Assembly (NCBI GenBank): GCA_051251855.1
Contig: JBPOGI010000003.1
Location: 320,001 to 384,000 of the forward strand
Direction of reading: 5' to 3'
Source: Roseibacillus sp.
Lineage (GTDB): Bacteria; Verrucomicrobiota; Verrucomicrobiia; Verrucomicrobiales; Akkermansiaceae
Length of the DNA stretch: 64,000 nucleotides
The notes beneath the pieces are model-generated. The model saw only the letters and a list, made by a program, of their open reading frames with translations, did no database searches and had not been told where the DNA came from. Shown in pieces: positions 37,723-49,007 of this stretch. The number at the start of each line of letters is the position of its first letter. Position 1 is the first letter of the stretch. The translations under genes and the position numbers were made by a program.

Positions 37723-38922
37723 TCAGGATTGAATCAATGAGAGCAGCTGCTCCACGGCCTTGGTTGAAAATGCTGGGTCGTTGATGGTGGTTTCCATCTC
37801 GATAACGGGATGTTTGGCCTCTTGACGAATGGTGTCGAAGAGGGCGGTGTCGGCGGCGGCATCGTGGAAGGGTTGGCCTTCTACGCTGATGATGCTGATG
37901 CCCTTGAGGGGGAGCATCATGACCGCTCGCGAGGAATGGCGATTGAGCTTTTCGGCGAGCACTTTGCCGAGCTGAACATTCTCCTCCGCGTTGGTGCGCA
38001 TGAGGGTGACCTGAGGGTTGTGATGGTAGAAAGTGCGGTCCGCGAATTTCTCTGGTACGGTGGTGGGTTCGCCGAAGTTGGCCATGTCGACACAACCGGG
38101 TGCGAGCACGGTGGGGAGGTTCATGTCGGCGGCGGCGTTCATGCGTTCGGGACCGGCAGTGAGGGTGGCGCCCACGATTTCGTCGGCCCACTCGGTGGTG
38201 GTGAGGTCGAGAACGGCGGTCACTTGGCCGGAGAGAATGAGTTTTTCCATGGTGCGTCCACCAGCTCCAGTGGCGTGAAAGACGAGGACTTCATAGCCGG
38301 CATCTTCAAGGAGGCCACGAGCGTGGTCGACACACTCGGTGGTGTTGCCGAACATGGAGACGACAATGAGCTCTTTTTCCTCCGTAGGATTGTTCGTCGA
38401 TTGGACCATGGCGCAGATGGATGCGGCTGCTCGGCGGAAGACTCCTTTGGAAACTCGGTTAAGTCCCGCGACATCGACGATACTGGGCATGAGGTTGATG
38501 TCGCTTTCGCCGAGGTAGTGGGCAGTGTTGCCGCTGGCCAAGGTGGAGACGATGATTTTGGGAAAGCCTAAAGGCAGCGGGCGCATCGCTCCGGAAGCAA
38601 TGGCGGTACCGCCTCCTCCTCCGAGGGAGATGATGCCGTCGATGCGTCCGTCTTGGACGAGCTTTTGGAGAAGCAGAGGAGCGGCTTGGGCCATGGCGGT
38701 GACGCATTCTCCGCGATCAGCGCGCGCTAACAAAGGCGCGAGGTCGATTCCGGCAGCAGCGGCAACTTCTTCGCGCGTGATGTCGGGAGTGATGAGAGGA
38801 TCACCACCCGAGCCGACATCGATGAGAAGCACCTGATGGCCTAGGGCGCGGATTTCGTCTGCGACAAAGGCGTGTTCGTGCCCTTTGCTATCGAGGGTTC
38901 CAAGGACTGCGATGGTGGCCAT
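37723..38922 (-). CDS. Tm-1-like ATP-binding domain protein (UPF0261)
   Basis: GTLDSKG.E, LGGGGGT, LPLGFPK, SMFGNTT, FHATGAGG, DLTTTE and HNPQVTLMRT motifs. Confidence 0.92.
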   Translation of the reverse strand: MATIAVLGTLDSKGHEHAFVADEIRALGHQVLLIDVGSGGDPLITPDITREEVAAAAGIDLAPLLARADRGECVTAMAQAAPLLLQKLVQDGRIDGIISLGGGGGTAIASGAMRPLPLGFPKIIVSTLASGNTAHYLGESDINLMPSIVDVAGLNRVSKGVFRRAAASICAMVQSTNNPTEEKELIVVSMFGNTTECVDHARGLLEDAGYEVLVFHATGAGGRTMEKLILSGQVTAVLDLTTTEWADEIVGATLTAGPERMNAAADMNLPTVLAPGCVDMANFGEPTTVPEKFADRTFYHHNPQVTLMRTNAEENVQLGKVLAEKLNRHSSRAVMMLPLKGISIISVEGQPFHDAAADTALFDTIRQEAKHPVIEMETTINDPAFSTKAVEQLLSLIQS

Positions 38923-38928
38923 AGCGTG

Positions 38929-39798
38929 CTAGTGCTTGCGCTTAACGGGGATGGATTTGAACTGCTCGGTGAGCTGGGGGAGTGAACTCTCGACAGCAGC
39001 ACGTTCGAGCGAGGAGGCGCCGACAAAGCCAGAGGTGTCGGTGTGCTCGTTGATGTAGGCCGCATCTTCGGGGGTATTGATGGGGCCACCGTGACTAAGG
39101 TAGATGATGTCGTCGCGCACAGTGCGGCCGGCATCGATGATCAGTTGGGTACGCTTGGCGGCATCTTCAAGAGTAATGGTGGCGTCGACCACACCGATGC
39201 TCCCGCCAACGGTCGTGCCGACGTGAGCAATGATGACGTCGGCGCCCGATTCGGCCATAGACTTGGCTTCTTCAGGAGAGTCGACGTAGACAATGCTGAA
39301 GAGATCCATCTTGCGAGCAAGACCCACCATTTCGAATTCTTTCTGCACGCTCATGCCGGTTTCTTCCAGAATGTCGCGGAACTTGCCGTCTACGATACTG
39401 TGGGTGGGGAAGTTGTTGACGCCCGAGAAGCCCATGTCCTTGACCTTCCCGAGCCAGTGCCACATGCGGCGGCGGGGGTCGGTAGCATGAACTCCCGCAA
39501 TGACGGGGACTTCCTCGACGACGGGGAGGACTTCGTATTCTCCGATCTCCATCGCGACGGCATTGGCGTCTCCGTAGGCCATCAAACCTGCGGTGGATCC
39601 ATGACCTGCCATGCGGAAACGGCCTGAGTTGTAGATGATAATGAGATCAGCGCCGCCCCTCTCAAGGAACTTGGCGCTAATGCCGGTGCCGGCTCCTGCT
39701 GCAAGGATAGATTCGCCTTTGGAAAGTGTATCGTGCAGACGTTCCAGAACTTCGTCTCGTGTGTAGGGGTTTCCCTTACCGGTCCATTGATTGGGCAT
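38929..39798 (-). CDS. Phosphoenolpyruvate hydrolase-like TIM-barrel protein
   Basis: GAGTGISAK, YNSGRFRMAG, NFPT, HGGPI and GASSLER motifs. Confidence 0.92.
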   Translation of the reverse strand: MPNQWTGKGNPYTRDEVLERLHDTLSKGESILAAGAGTGISAKFLERGGADLIIIYNSGRFRMAGHGSTAGLMAYGDANAVAMEIGEYEVLPVVEEVPVIAGVHATDPRRRMWHWLGKVKDMGFSGVNNFPTHSIVDGKFRDILEETGMSVQKEFEMVGLARKMDLFSIVYVDSPEEAKSMAESGADVIIAHVGTTVGGSIGVVDATITLEDAAKRTQLIIDAGRTVRDDIIYLSHGGPINTPEDAAYINEHTDTSGFVGASSLERAAVESSLPQLTEQFKSIPVKRKH

Positions 39799-39804
39799 GG
39801 CTGG

Positions 39805-39869
39805 AGTGTGTTCAAGAATGGTCCGTCTGCCAAGTTTCTCTGTCGCACTACTAGATATTCAGAATCCAC
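39805..39869 (-). promoter_or_regulatory. AraC-type tandem site plus sigma70-like promoter
   Basis: On -: GTGGATTCTGAATAT-N6-GTGCGACAGAGAAAC, then immediately TTGGCA-17nt-CACACT, 6 nt before the ATG at 39798. Confidence 0.55.
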
Positions 39870-40006
39870 ATTTCGTTTTGCCCTGTAGTGACAATTAACC
39901 TTCGTCTGTCGGATAACGGAGCCTTAGAGTTGGGGGAGTCGCAAAGAAGTTCTTCACTTTTGGTGCGTGTGAGTGAGGGGCCTGAATAAACGATAGCTCA
40001 GGGCGC

Positions 40007-40042
40007 GTGGATTTTCGATATGGTGAAGTGGTTTGTCAGTAG
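40007..40042 (+). promoter_or_regulatory. AraC-type tandem site
   Basis: GTGGATTTTCGATAT-N6-GTGGTTTGTCAGTAG (21-bp period), upstream of the PEP-CTERM gene. Confidence 0.55.
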
Positions 40043-40151
40043 GCTAATTCATTTGGCTGGCTCTTCGGTAAAGATACTCTTTGAGTGATGAGGTTGACTT
40101 TTCTAGCCTCTGGCAAGATTGCCGAACTAAGCCTTCGAGTAAGATCACCCA

Positions 40152-40811
40152 ATGAAAAAAAAGCTACGCACTCAACTTCTTGTGACCACCACGTTTGTGG
40201 CGGTTTTAACAGCGTCTCAAGCCCATGCAGCTGTAACAGTTCTAGCGACCACCCAAGTTGCTACAGTCCTGGATGATAACGCCAACAATTGGTCCAATGG
40301 AACTGTCAACGTTGTGGGCTCTCCTTCACCTGGAAATAATGAGCTGAGAACTTTTGTTGGGTTCTCAACTTTTGATTTGTCTGGTTTTACTCCAGCCGAA
40401 CTGGAGAGTGCTTCTTTTACCATTGGGTTCGATTTGGCAGTTCTAGCAGGGGCCCCAACTGGCCTTTCTATCGAGTATATCGGAACTTATGCTAACGATA
40501 ATGTCCGAGGGGCCGATACCGGCGGGGCAAATCTGGCGCAATGGATTTCTGACCCCACGGTCGATACCGTTGTGTCTGGCTACAGCACTGCTGGGGCGGC
40601 AAGTGAAGCCATTGCCCTAAGTGATGGTTCATTTGCTGACGGAGACTTTGCTGTTTTCCGCTACGTTTATGATGCGGGGGCTAGTTTAGCTAGTAACGAC
40701 CAATGGGGTATCACCAACGCGACTCTTACAGTGGACACGATTCCAGAGCCATCGAGCTTCCTTCTTCTTGGAATCGGCCTCGCCTTCGGGAGCATTCGCC
40801 GTCGTTGCTAG
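40152..40811 (+). CDS. PEP-CTERM surface protein
   Basis: Signal peptide ending SQAHAA; C-terminal IPEPSSFLLLGIGLAFGSIRRRC. Confidence 0.92.
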   Translation: MKKKLRTQLLVTTTFVAVLTASQAHAAVTVLATTQVATVLDDNANNWSNGTVNVVGSPSPGNNELRTFVGFSTFDLSGFTPAELESASFTIGFDLAVLAGAPTGLSIEYIGTYANDNVRGADTGGANLAQWISDPTVDTVVSGYSTAGAASEAIALSDGSFADGDFAVFRYVYDAGASLASNDQWGITNATLTVDTIPEPSSFLLLGIGLAFGSIRRRC

Positions 40812-40850
40812 AGAAGCGCACTTGCGCTGTTGGCTCTACTTTTTAGGTGA

Positions 40851-40887
40851 ACCGATAAGGGAGCAGCCCCGTCGGTCTACTTTTTTT
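40851..40887 (+). terminator. Possible Rho-independent terminator
   Basis: Imperfect ACCGA...GGG/CCC...TCGGT stem followed by a T7 run. Confidence 0.45.
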
Positions 40888-41209
40888 CCGGCACTGATAT
40901 CATTCTCACAGCTACACTGATGTGATGAATCGTATTTCGCTTGGAAGATTGCGCTTTGCGACAGGCCAGAAAGTCGGGCCAGATTTCCCAAAGCCATCGT
41001 TGTTTGCTGCTCCCCTCTGGTCGTCCCCTTTGGGTTGCCATAGCAGGCAAGCTATCTCGCTCAGCTCGGTTCTTGGTCCGAGTATACCCACGGGGCATAC
41101 CACTCGCACTCCTCCCTCGGCACGCATTGGCCTTGGAAAATTTGGCTCCGACCGCTACACTAATTTAGCTGCTCAAATAGCATAAGGTCACCTCCCAGTT
41201 GTCGTTAGA

Positions 41210-41245
41210 ATACCTTTTCTCCACAAGAATCTATCCAATATCCAC
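41210..41245 (-). promoter_or_regulatory. AraC-type tandem site
   Basis: On -: GTGGATATTGGATAG-N6-GTGGAGAAAAGGTAT (21-bp period), just upstream of the AraC gene. Confidence 0.55.
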
Positions 41246-41286
41246 CTGTCCTTTACAGGAGGGGATGTCTTTCTTACCTTGGAAAG

Positions 41287-42192
41287 GTGGCAAAAAAGAA
41301 GATGTCTCTCGAGGAAACCCACCATTTTGGGGCGAGTGAGTTTATTGCCGTTAAGAGTACCTCAGAAGATTCTCGTTCATGGTTAGCGAAGTCGCCCGTC
41401 TGTCATCAGCTCTCCCAACTCAATGTAGCCCATGTGGGGGTTTTGCATGCTCTTCATCCCTTCAAGGTGATTCGAGCGGACCAGTCGGGTAGCTTTATGT
41501 TCGCCTGTATCTCTGGTGAAGGAGAAGTTCTCATCGATGGGCGCTGGATGACGGTTCATGCGGGTGAGGCGTGTTGTTTGCCGCCGTTCGTGGCCAATGC
41601 GATTCGGGCGATCGAAGGGAGTGAGCCATGGACCTTTTGTTGGGTGCGCTATCTTGAAGTGCAGGATCAGCTTCCTCTGATTTCTTCTAAGTCTCCGGTC
41701 AAGGGACCCTTCGCATCCCATGTGCTTCGTCATGCGATTGAAGGGCTTCATGGCGAGGTGACAAGTCGCGCTTCCTCTCCAGCTCTTAACAAGCTTTGGA
41801 TCGATCTCATTCACAGCTATGTCCTCAAATTTGCGCAACCAAGTCATGGCGATAAGCGTCTATGGCGGCTATGGCAAGAAGTGGAAGCAGATTTAGGTAG
41901 ATCATGGAATGTTGCTCAGATGGCTGCGATCGCTGCAGTGAGCGAGGAGCATTTGCGCCGTCTGTCGGTGAAAGAACTGGGGCGTTCTCCGATGAAGCAT
42001 GTGATTTTTTTGCGGATGCAGAAGGCATGTCTCCTTCTGGGAACAAGGAAGGATAAGATCGAGACGATAGCCCATGAAGTGGGATACGATAACCCCTTCA
42101 CCTTCTCTACGACCTTTAAAAAATGGATTGGACGCCGTCCTTCGGAGTATCGACAGGGGTCGGACCCCGCTGAGAGTCGTACTATTGATTGA
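41287..42192 (+). CDS. AraC family transcriptional regulator
   Basis: Cupin-like N-domain; C-terminal LGRSPM...LRMQKA...IAHEVGYDNPFTFSTTFKKWIGRRPSEYR. Confidence 0.95.
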   Translation: MAKKKMSLEETHHFGASEFIAVKSTSEDSRSWLAKSPVCHQLSQLNVAHVGVLHALHPFKVIRADQSGSFMFACISGEGEVLIDGRWMTVHAGEACCLPPFVANAIRAIEGSEPWTFCWVRYLEVQDQLPLISSKSPVKGPFASHVLRHAIEGLHGEVTSRASSPALNKLWIDLIHSYVLKFAQPSHGDKRLWRLWQEVEADLGRSWNVAQMAAIAAVSEEHLRRLSVKELGRSPMKHVIFLRMQKACLLLGTRKDKIETIAHEVGYDNPFTFSTTFKKWIGRRPSEYRQGSDPAESRTID

Positions 42193-42865
42193 CTAGGTCG
42201 TCGCGGTGCAGTTCTCGTGATTGACCTCGTTCGTTCGTTTGCCAGATATGTCCGGTTTCGAGGTCTAGGGCACTGAGCCAACCTCCGCCGTAGGCGCAGG
42301 TGTCGAGACAGATGGCATAGCCCAAGTCGGTGGGGAGATCGCCTTGGATGGTGTGGCCGCAGACGACGGTCTTACCTGATGAATGAGGTTTTTGACTGTG
42401 GAAGCGCTGATAGTAGTAGGTCTCTTGGTCTTGTTCGGCGACGGGGAGGTTCGCATCGACTCCAGCGTGGACGAGAATGAAGTCCTCGGTTTCGTGGTAG
42501 TGCTTGGTATTACGGATGAAGTCCCAATGTTCCTCGAGAACATCGCTGAGGGAGCCTCCGTAGTTATCGAGGGTGTCTTGGCCTCCACAGAGTCCGCTCA
42601 GGAAGCGTTCGCGATCAGTGCGGGTCTCGAGGGCTCGTATCATTTGGATCTCGTGGTTGCCCATGAGGTTGACGGTGCGGTGTGTATCGCGGAGGGCGAG
42701 AAGGTGGTCGATGACGCCTTTGGAATCGGGGCCGCGATCGACGTAGTCCCCAAGGGTCACGATCAGGTCGTCTTCTTGCGGTTGTGCGACCTCAAGAAGG
42801 GTGCGCAGGGAGGTGAGGCAGCCGTGAATATCTCCAATGACCAATTGCATCTTGGGGAGGTGCAT
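42182..42865 (-). CDS. Metallophosphoesterase (PPP-type Ser/Thr phosphatase)
   Basis: GDIHG, GDYVDRG, GNHE, HAG and GHT motifs. Confidence 0.92.
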   Translation of the reverse strand: MHLPKMQLVIGDIHGCLTSLRTLLEVAQPQEDDLIVTLGDYVDRGPDSKGVIDHLLALRDTHRTVNLMGNHEIQMIRALETRTDRERFLSGLCGGQDTLDNYGGSLSDVLEEHWDFIRNTKHYHETEDFILVHAGVDANLPVAEQDQETYYYQRFHSQKPHSSGKTVVCGHTIQGDLPTDLGYAICLDTCAYGGGWLSALDLETGHIWQTNERGQSRELHRDDLVNQ

Positions 42866-42936
42866 AACGTAGGAAGTTTTTTCAGCCAACCCCTTTTCTT
42901 GCTTCTGACGGTTAGCGACGATTAGACTGCGGAGAG

Positions 42937-43371
42937 ATGGATGCCTTTCGTGTGATAGCCTTCGGAAGTGCCGAGTATGAGCAGGAATGTCTCTTGCGGA
43001 ATGAAGTTCTGCGCAAGCCGCTAGGATTGTCGCTATGGGATGAGGAGCTTTCGAGGGAAAGTGGCGAGATGCACTTTGGCCTATTCTCCGATGAAAATGC
43101 TTTGGATGCTTGTGGTGTGGCGGTCGCCTTGAATGAGAAGCGGGCTAAGATTCGGCAAGTCGCGGTCCAGGATGAAAAGCAGGGGGAAGGCTTGGGGAGA
43201 AAGTTGCTCCAGGAGGCTGAGGTCGTTTTGAGAGAGAAGGGGTTTGAAGAGGTGGTGCTCCATTCGAGAGTGACTGTTGTGGGGTTTTACCTTCGATTGG
43301 GATACGAAAAAGAGGGCGACGTGTTTGAAGAGATTGGATTGGCTCATCAGAAGATGAAGAAGAGGTTGTGA
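42937..43371 (+). CDS. GNAT family N-acetyltransferase
   Basis: LRNEVLR, RQVAV...QGEGLGR and FYLRLGY motifs. Confidence 0.9.
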   Translation: MDAFRVIAFGSAEYEQECLLRNEVLRKPLGLSLWDEELSRESGEMHFGLFSDENALDACGVAVALNEKRAKIRQVAVQDEKQGEGLGRKLLQEAEVVLREKGFEEVVLHSRVTVVGFYLRLGYEKEGDVFEEIGLAHQKMKKRL

Positions 43372-43409
43372 TTTCTTTTCAGGGGTGAATTTGTTGTTAG
43401 TTTTCTTCC

Positions 43410-44048
43410 GTGATTGACGAAGGAAAGTGGGAGGTATGTTTTCGCGAGTTTCTCGGTAAGCAGCTGGAGAGTGATCCGGCGCATGACTTAGCACACATCG
43501 AACGAGTGGTGCGCAATGCGAGGCAATTGACCGAGGCCGAGGGTGCGGATTGGGAAGTGGTGATGCCGGGGGCTTGGCTGCATGATTGTGTTTTTGTGGC
43601 TAAAGATTCGCCGCAACGGAGTCAGGCTTCTATTTTGTCGGCGGATTGCGCGGTGTCGTTTTTAAAGGAGAAGGCGTTTCCTTCGTCGGATTGGGAGGCG
43701 ATTCATCATGCCGTCGCAGCTCATAGTTTTTCGGCGGGGATTGAGACCCGAACTTTGGAGGCGAAGGTGCTGCAAGATGCGGATCGGATGGATGCCTTGG
43801 GTGCGGTCGGGTTGAGTCGGTGTTTGATGTTGGGTGGCCACATGGGGACGGCTCTGATGAGTCCGGTGGATCCTTTTTGTGAGGAACGTGAGCCTGACGA
43901 TGGGCGCTTCACCATTGACCACTTTTACCGAAAGCTGTTGAAGCTGGAGAATACGATGAAGACGGATTCGGGGCGAGTTTTGGCAAGGGAACGGAGTGAG
44001 GTGCTGCGTGAGTTTCTTGCTCAGTTGCGGCGGGAGACGGAAGGGTAG
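43410..44048 (+). CDS. HD domain phosphohydrolase (YedJ-like)
   Basis: AHDLAHIERV, WLHD, AHSFS, QDADRMDALGA and DHFYRKLL motifs. Confidence 0.9.
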   Translation: MIDEGKWEVCFREFLGKQLESDPAHDLAHIERVVRNARQLTEAEGADWEVVMPGAWLHDCVFVAKDSPQRSQASILSADCAVSFLKEKAFPSSDWEAIHHAVAAHSFSAGIETRTLEAKVLQDADRMDALGAVGLSRCLMLGGHMGTALMSPVDPFCEEREPDDGRFTIDHFYRKLLKLENTMKTDSGRVLARERSEVLREFLAQLRRETEG

Positions 44049-44058
44049 TTGTTTTTTC

Positions 44059-44137
44059 GGAGCTGAGTTGGTGACAACTCGGGCGGCTAGGATGGTGAAG
44101 TTGCAGGCCCAGCCCGCTTTGTCACCAAAGCGACTAC
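44059..44137. repeat. Inverted REP doublet (REPIN-like), GTAG family
   Basis: GGAG-CTGAGTTG-GTGA-CAACTCGG-GCGG, with inverted GTAG-TCGCTTTG-GTGA-CAAAGCGG-GCTGGG at 44108-44137. Confidence 0.75.
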
Positions 44138-44156
44138 ACAGACTGGGCTGACACCC

Positions 44157-44195
44157 AAAAAAATCGCTCCTGACCGGTGAGGGTGCAGGAGCGAT
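44157..44195 (-). terminator. Rho-independent terminator (katG)
   Basis: ATCGCTCCTG/CAGGAGCGAT stem with A7 on +. Confidence 0.8.
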
Positions 44196-44217
44196 GAAGA
44201 GGGTGGGGTGGCCGTCT

Positions 44218-46452
<2,235 letters not shown>

Positions 46453-46511
46453 TTAGAGGTGAAATTGTGGTTGCGAAGGGGAATGCTAGGCGTGCTCATT
46501 CAATAAGTGAA

Positions 46512-46548
46512 ACAGATTCTAAAAATCACTGGTATAGGTTTTTCCTAT
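46512..46548. promoter_or_regulatory. OxyR-type binding site upstream of katG
   Basis: ACAG-N7-AAAT-N7-ATAG-N7-CTAT, compared with the consensus ATAG-N7-CTAT-N7-ATAG-N7-CTAT. Confidence 0.65.
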
Positions 46549-46563
46549 TGTCGAATGGGCATG

Positions 46564-46600
46564 AAAAAGGCCGACTGGAGGGTGAATCCAGTCGGCCTTT
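46564..46600 (-). terminator. Rho-independent terminator
   Basis: 14-bp stem AAAGGCCGACTGGA/TCCAGTCGGCCTTT. Confidence 0.85.
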
Positions 46601-46628
46601 GGAAAAAAGAAGTGGTCAGTGATGACTC

Positions 46629-49007
46629 CTAGTTTTCTTCGACACGGAAGAAGGAAGCATCGCCTGTGATATCGAACTCAAAGCGATTGTCGCCAGCACC
46701 ACTTGGAGCGAGGGAGGTGGTCACGTCGGTTGCCCCTCCTCCGAAGTCAAGGCCGCCGCTAGTCGGGGTGGTGACTTTGTAGCCAGCGCCACCAGGGGTG
46801 AACTCGATAAAGAAGGTGTCCGCATCAACAAATCCACAATTGGTAATTACTGGACTACCGGTGGGAGCCGCATCGACATCGAAGTAGCACATCGTGATGC
46901 TGAAGTCGCGAAGGCGAAGCCCAGGGGTCACCGAACCAGGGGTGAGCACTGCATTGTTCGCGACTAATGTCGGGGAGCCGGGAATAATGGCGGTAGCTCC
47001 AGCCACGTTCTCGTAAGCCTCTCCGCCATCACCAGAATTGATATTGGGAAGGCTCAAGCTAATCGTCGAGCCGTTGATATCCCCCGAGGCGGAACCGTCA
47101 GTCACTACTCCGTCACCCGCGTTACCACTCGCAAAGAGCTTACCGGTTGTGAAGTTGAAATCGACCGTTTTGCCGGTTGAAGCCGTTGCATTTACGATTT
47201 CCAAAGTGAGGGTCTCACTTGGGTCGAGAGCGTTAGTGCCATTACCAGCAATTCCAATGCCTTCTCCAGTGACGACCACATTGTCTGTTGTTCCGGAAGA
47301 GACACGAACGGTGAAATCGACGAAGTCGTCAAATGTTTCTGTGCCGTCAAAGTCCAAGAAGTTCCAGCGAAGTGGCAAGTCAACCGTAGGGCTGGGCACA
47401 ATCATGGTGCCATCAAAGCCAGGGGCAGCTTGGATGGTGCTACCGTCACTAGTCGCAGTTCCATTGAAGACGTAGGTCGCGTTGTTGCGAAGGTTGAGGT
47501 CCGTGACAGTGAAGCACTCCGTTGCGATTGGGGCGGGAGTTCCTTCAGCGAGGTAGTTAAACTTGAGGTCAAAGTCGCGAACGTAAGCGCTGAATTTAGG
47601 ATCTGTGTCCTCGAACACGGAGGGGGCTGCGGTCACCTGATTGAAGGAAGAGTTGTCAAAAGTGACTCCAGTTGCCGGGGTGGGGAAGAAGGCATGGCGA
47701 GCAGTGGAGAATTGAAAGCCGTCGCCATCCAATATGACTCGGGTCTCCGTTCCGTTGACATCCAAAGCTGCGTCGCCTTGGGTTAGTAGGCCCGCGCCCG
47801 CACTTCCTCCGGCACCAACACCGACTTCGTTAAATCCTGCGAACTCGACCGCACCCACGATGCCTGGCTTGAGCTCCAAATCGACAATTTCTACAAAAAC
47901 GCCTTCTCCAGAACCGATTCCCCAAGTCTCACCGCCATTGACCCCAATTCCGTTACCGGCAGCGAATCGCGCTCCAGAGCCCGTGGTTGAGTAAACGCGC
48001 ATCACAAAGTTGAAGTAGTCGTCATCGACTCCGACGCCGTCGAGGTCGATGCCGTCAAATCGCAAAGGAACGTCGAATGAGGCGGATCCTCCTCCGGGGA
48101 CTTCGGTAGCGAGGTCGAACCCGGCATCGGGGTTTTCAATAATGGTGCCGAAAGGGAAACCCAAATTTTGAGCGAGTCCCAAGGTTGTGTTTCCAGCTGT
48201 TGCAAAGACACGGAGATTATCGGTGGTGAAGCAAACGGGAGGAGTGACTGGAGTGCCTGCGGGGTCGTAGCTGAGCTGGAAGTCAAAGGCACGAACGCGG
48301 TTGGTTAGAAGAACAGAGACGGGATCGTTGAATCCCGAGACGGTTTCGGTGTCTCCGATGGCAACGGTGGTGATATCCTTGAAAAAGACTGATGGTTGCA
48401 AGCTGAAGTCTACCGGTGGGAAGGCGGTGTATATGTATCCGCTCTCAGGATCTTGGGCGGTATCATTGACGCTAATGGTGACGTCAACGCCGTTGATGTT
48501 GGCATTGGTTTGACCGACGGTTGGATCTGGGTCGGGGCCATTACCACCGCCACCAATCGCTGCTTGAGTGAAGCCGTCAAAGGTGGCTGCTCCGGCAGTG
48601 ACGCTCGGGCTGAGGACAGGGTTGATGATTTCAATAATCATCTCCTCTCCCGGATTAAGGTTGTCGTTGATGCTGTCGGTCCCGGATTTTAGCCCGATGC
48701 CTTGGTTGCTCATGGCCACGGTTCCTTGATTACCGGTGATGCGAAGGGTAAAATTGATGTAGTCGTCGGCGGTGGAGTCGCCATTCAGGTCCAAGCCACT
48801 CCAGCGCAAGGGAATGTCCGAGATGAGGCTTCCTCCTCCAGGGGCCGTGAAGCCGGCATCGGGGTCGATTTCGATGAGCCCTTCGCTGGGAGCTCCAAAG
48901 ACTCCAGAACTCCGGTAGCTGAAGTCGTTCACTGTGAGGGTAGTTTGAGCGGAGAGAGCGCAAGCGCTGAGGGCGGCGAAAACTCCGCCATACAAGGTAT
49001 ATTTCAT
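46629..49007 (-). CDS. Secreted acidic protein with three ~240-aa repeats
   Basis: Signal peptide; three copies of D.PLR(W/F)..(L/I)D..G....DD(Y/F)..F..R; C-terminus FFRVEEN. Confidence 0.85.
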   Translation of the reverse strand: MKYTLYGGVFAALSACALSAQTTLTVNDFSYRSSGVFGAPSEGLIEIDPDAGFTAPGGGSLISDIPLRWSGLDLNGDSTADDYINFTLRITGNQGTVAMSNQGIGLKSGTDSINDNLNPGEEMIIEIINPVLSPSVTAGAATFDGFTQAAIGGGGNGPDPDPTVGQTNANINGVDVTISVNDTAQDPESGYIYTAFPPVDFSLQPSVFFKDITTVAIGDTETVSGFNDPVSVLLTNRVRAFDFQLSYDPAGTPVTPPVCFTTDNLRVFATAGNTTLGLAQNLGFPFGTIIENPDAGFDLATEVPGGGSASFDVPLRFDGIDLDGVGVDDDYFNFVMRVYSTTGSGARFAAGNGIGVNGGETWGIGSGEGVFVEIVDLELKPGIVGAVEFAGFNEVGVGAGGSAGAGLLTQGDAALDVNGTETRVILDGDGFQFSTARHAFFPTPATGVTFDNSSFNQVTAAPSVFEDTDPKFSAYVRDFDLKFNYLAEGTPAPIATECFTVTDLNLRNNATYVFNGTATSDGSTIQAAPGFDGTMIVPSPTVDLPLRWNFLDFDGTETFDDFVDFTVRVSSGTTDNVVVTGEGIGIAGNGTNALDPSETLTLEIVNATASTGKTVDFNFTTGKLFASGNAGDGVVTDGSASGDINGSTISLSLPNINSGDGGEAYENVAGATAIIPGSPTLVANNAVLTPGSVTPGLRLRDFSITMCYFDVDAAPTGSPVITNCGFVDADTFFIEFTPGGAGYKVTTPTSGGLDFGGGATDVTTSLAPSGAGDNRFEFDITGDASFFRVEEN

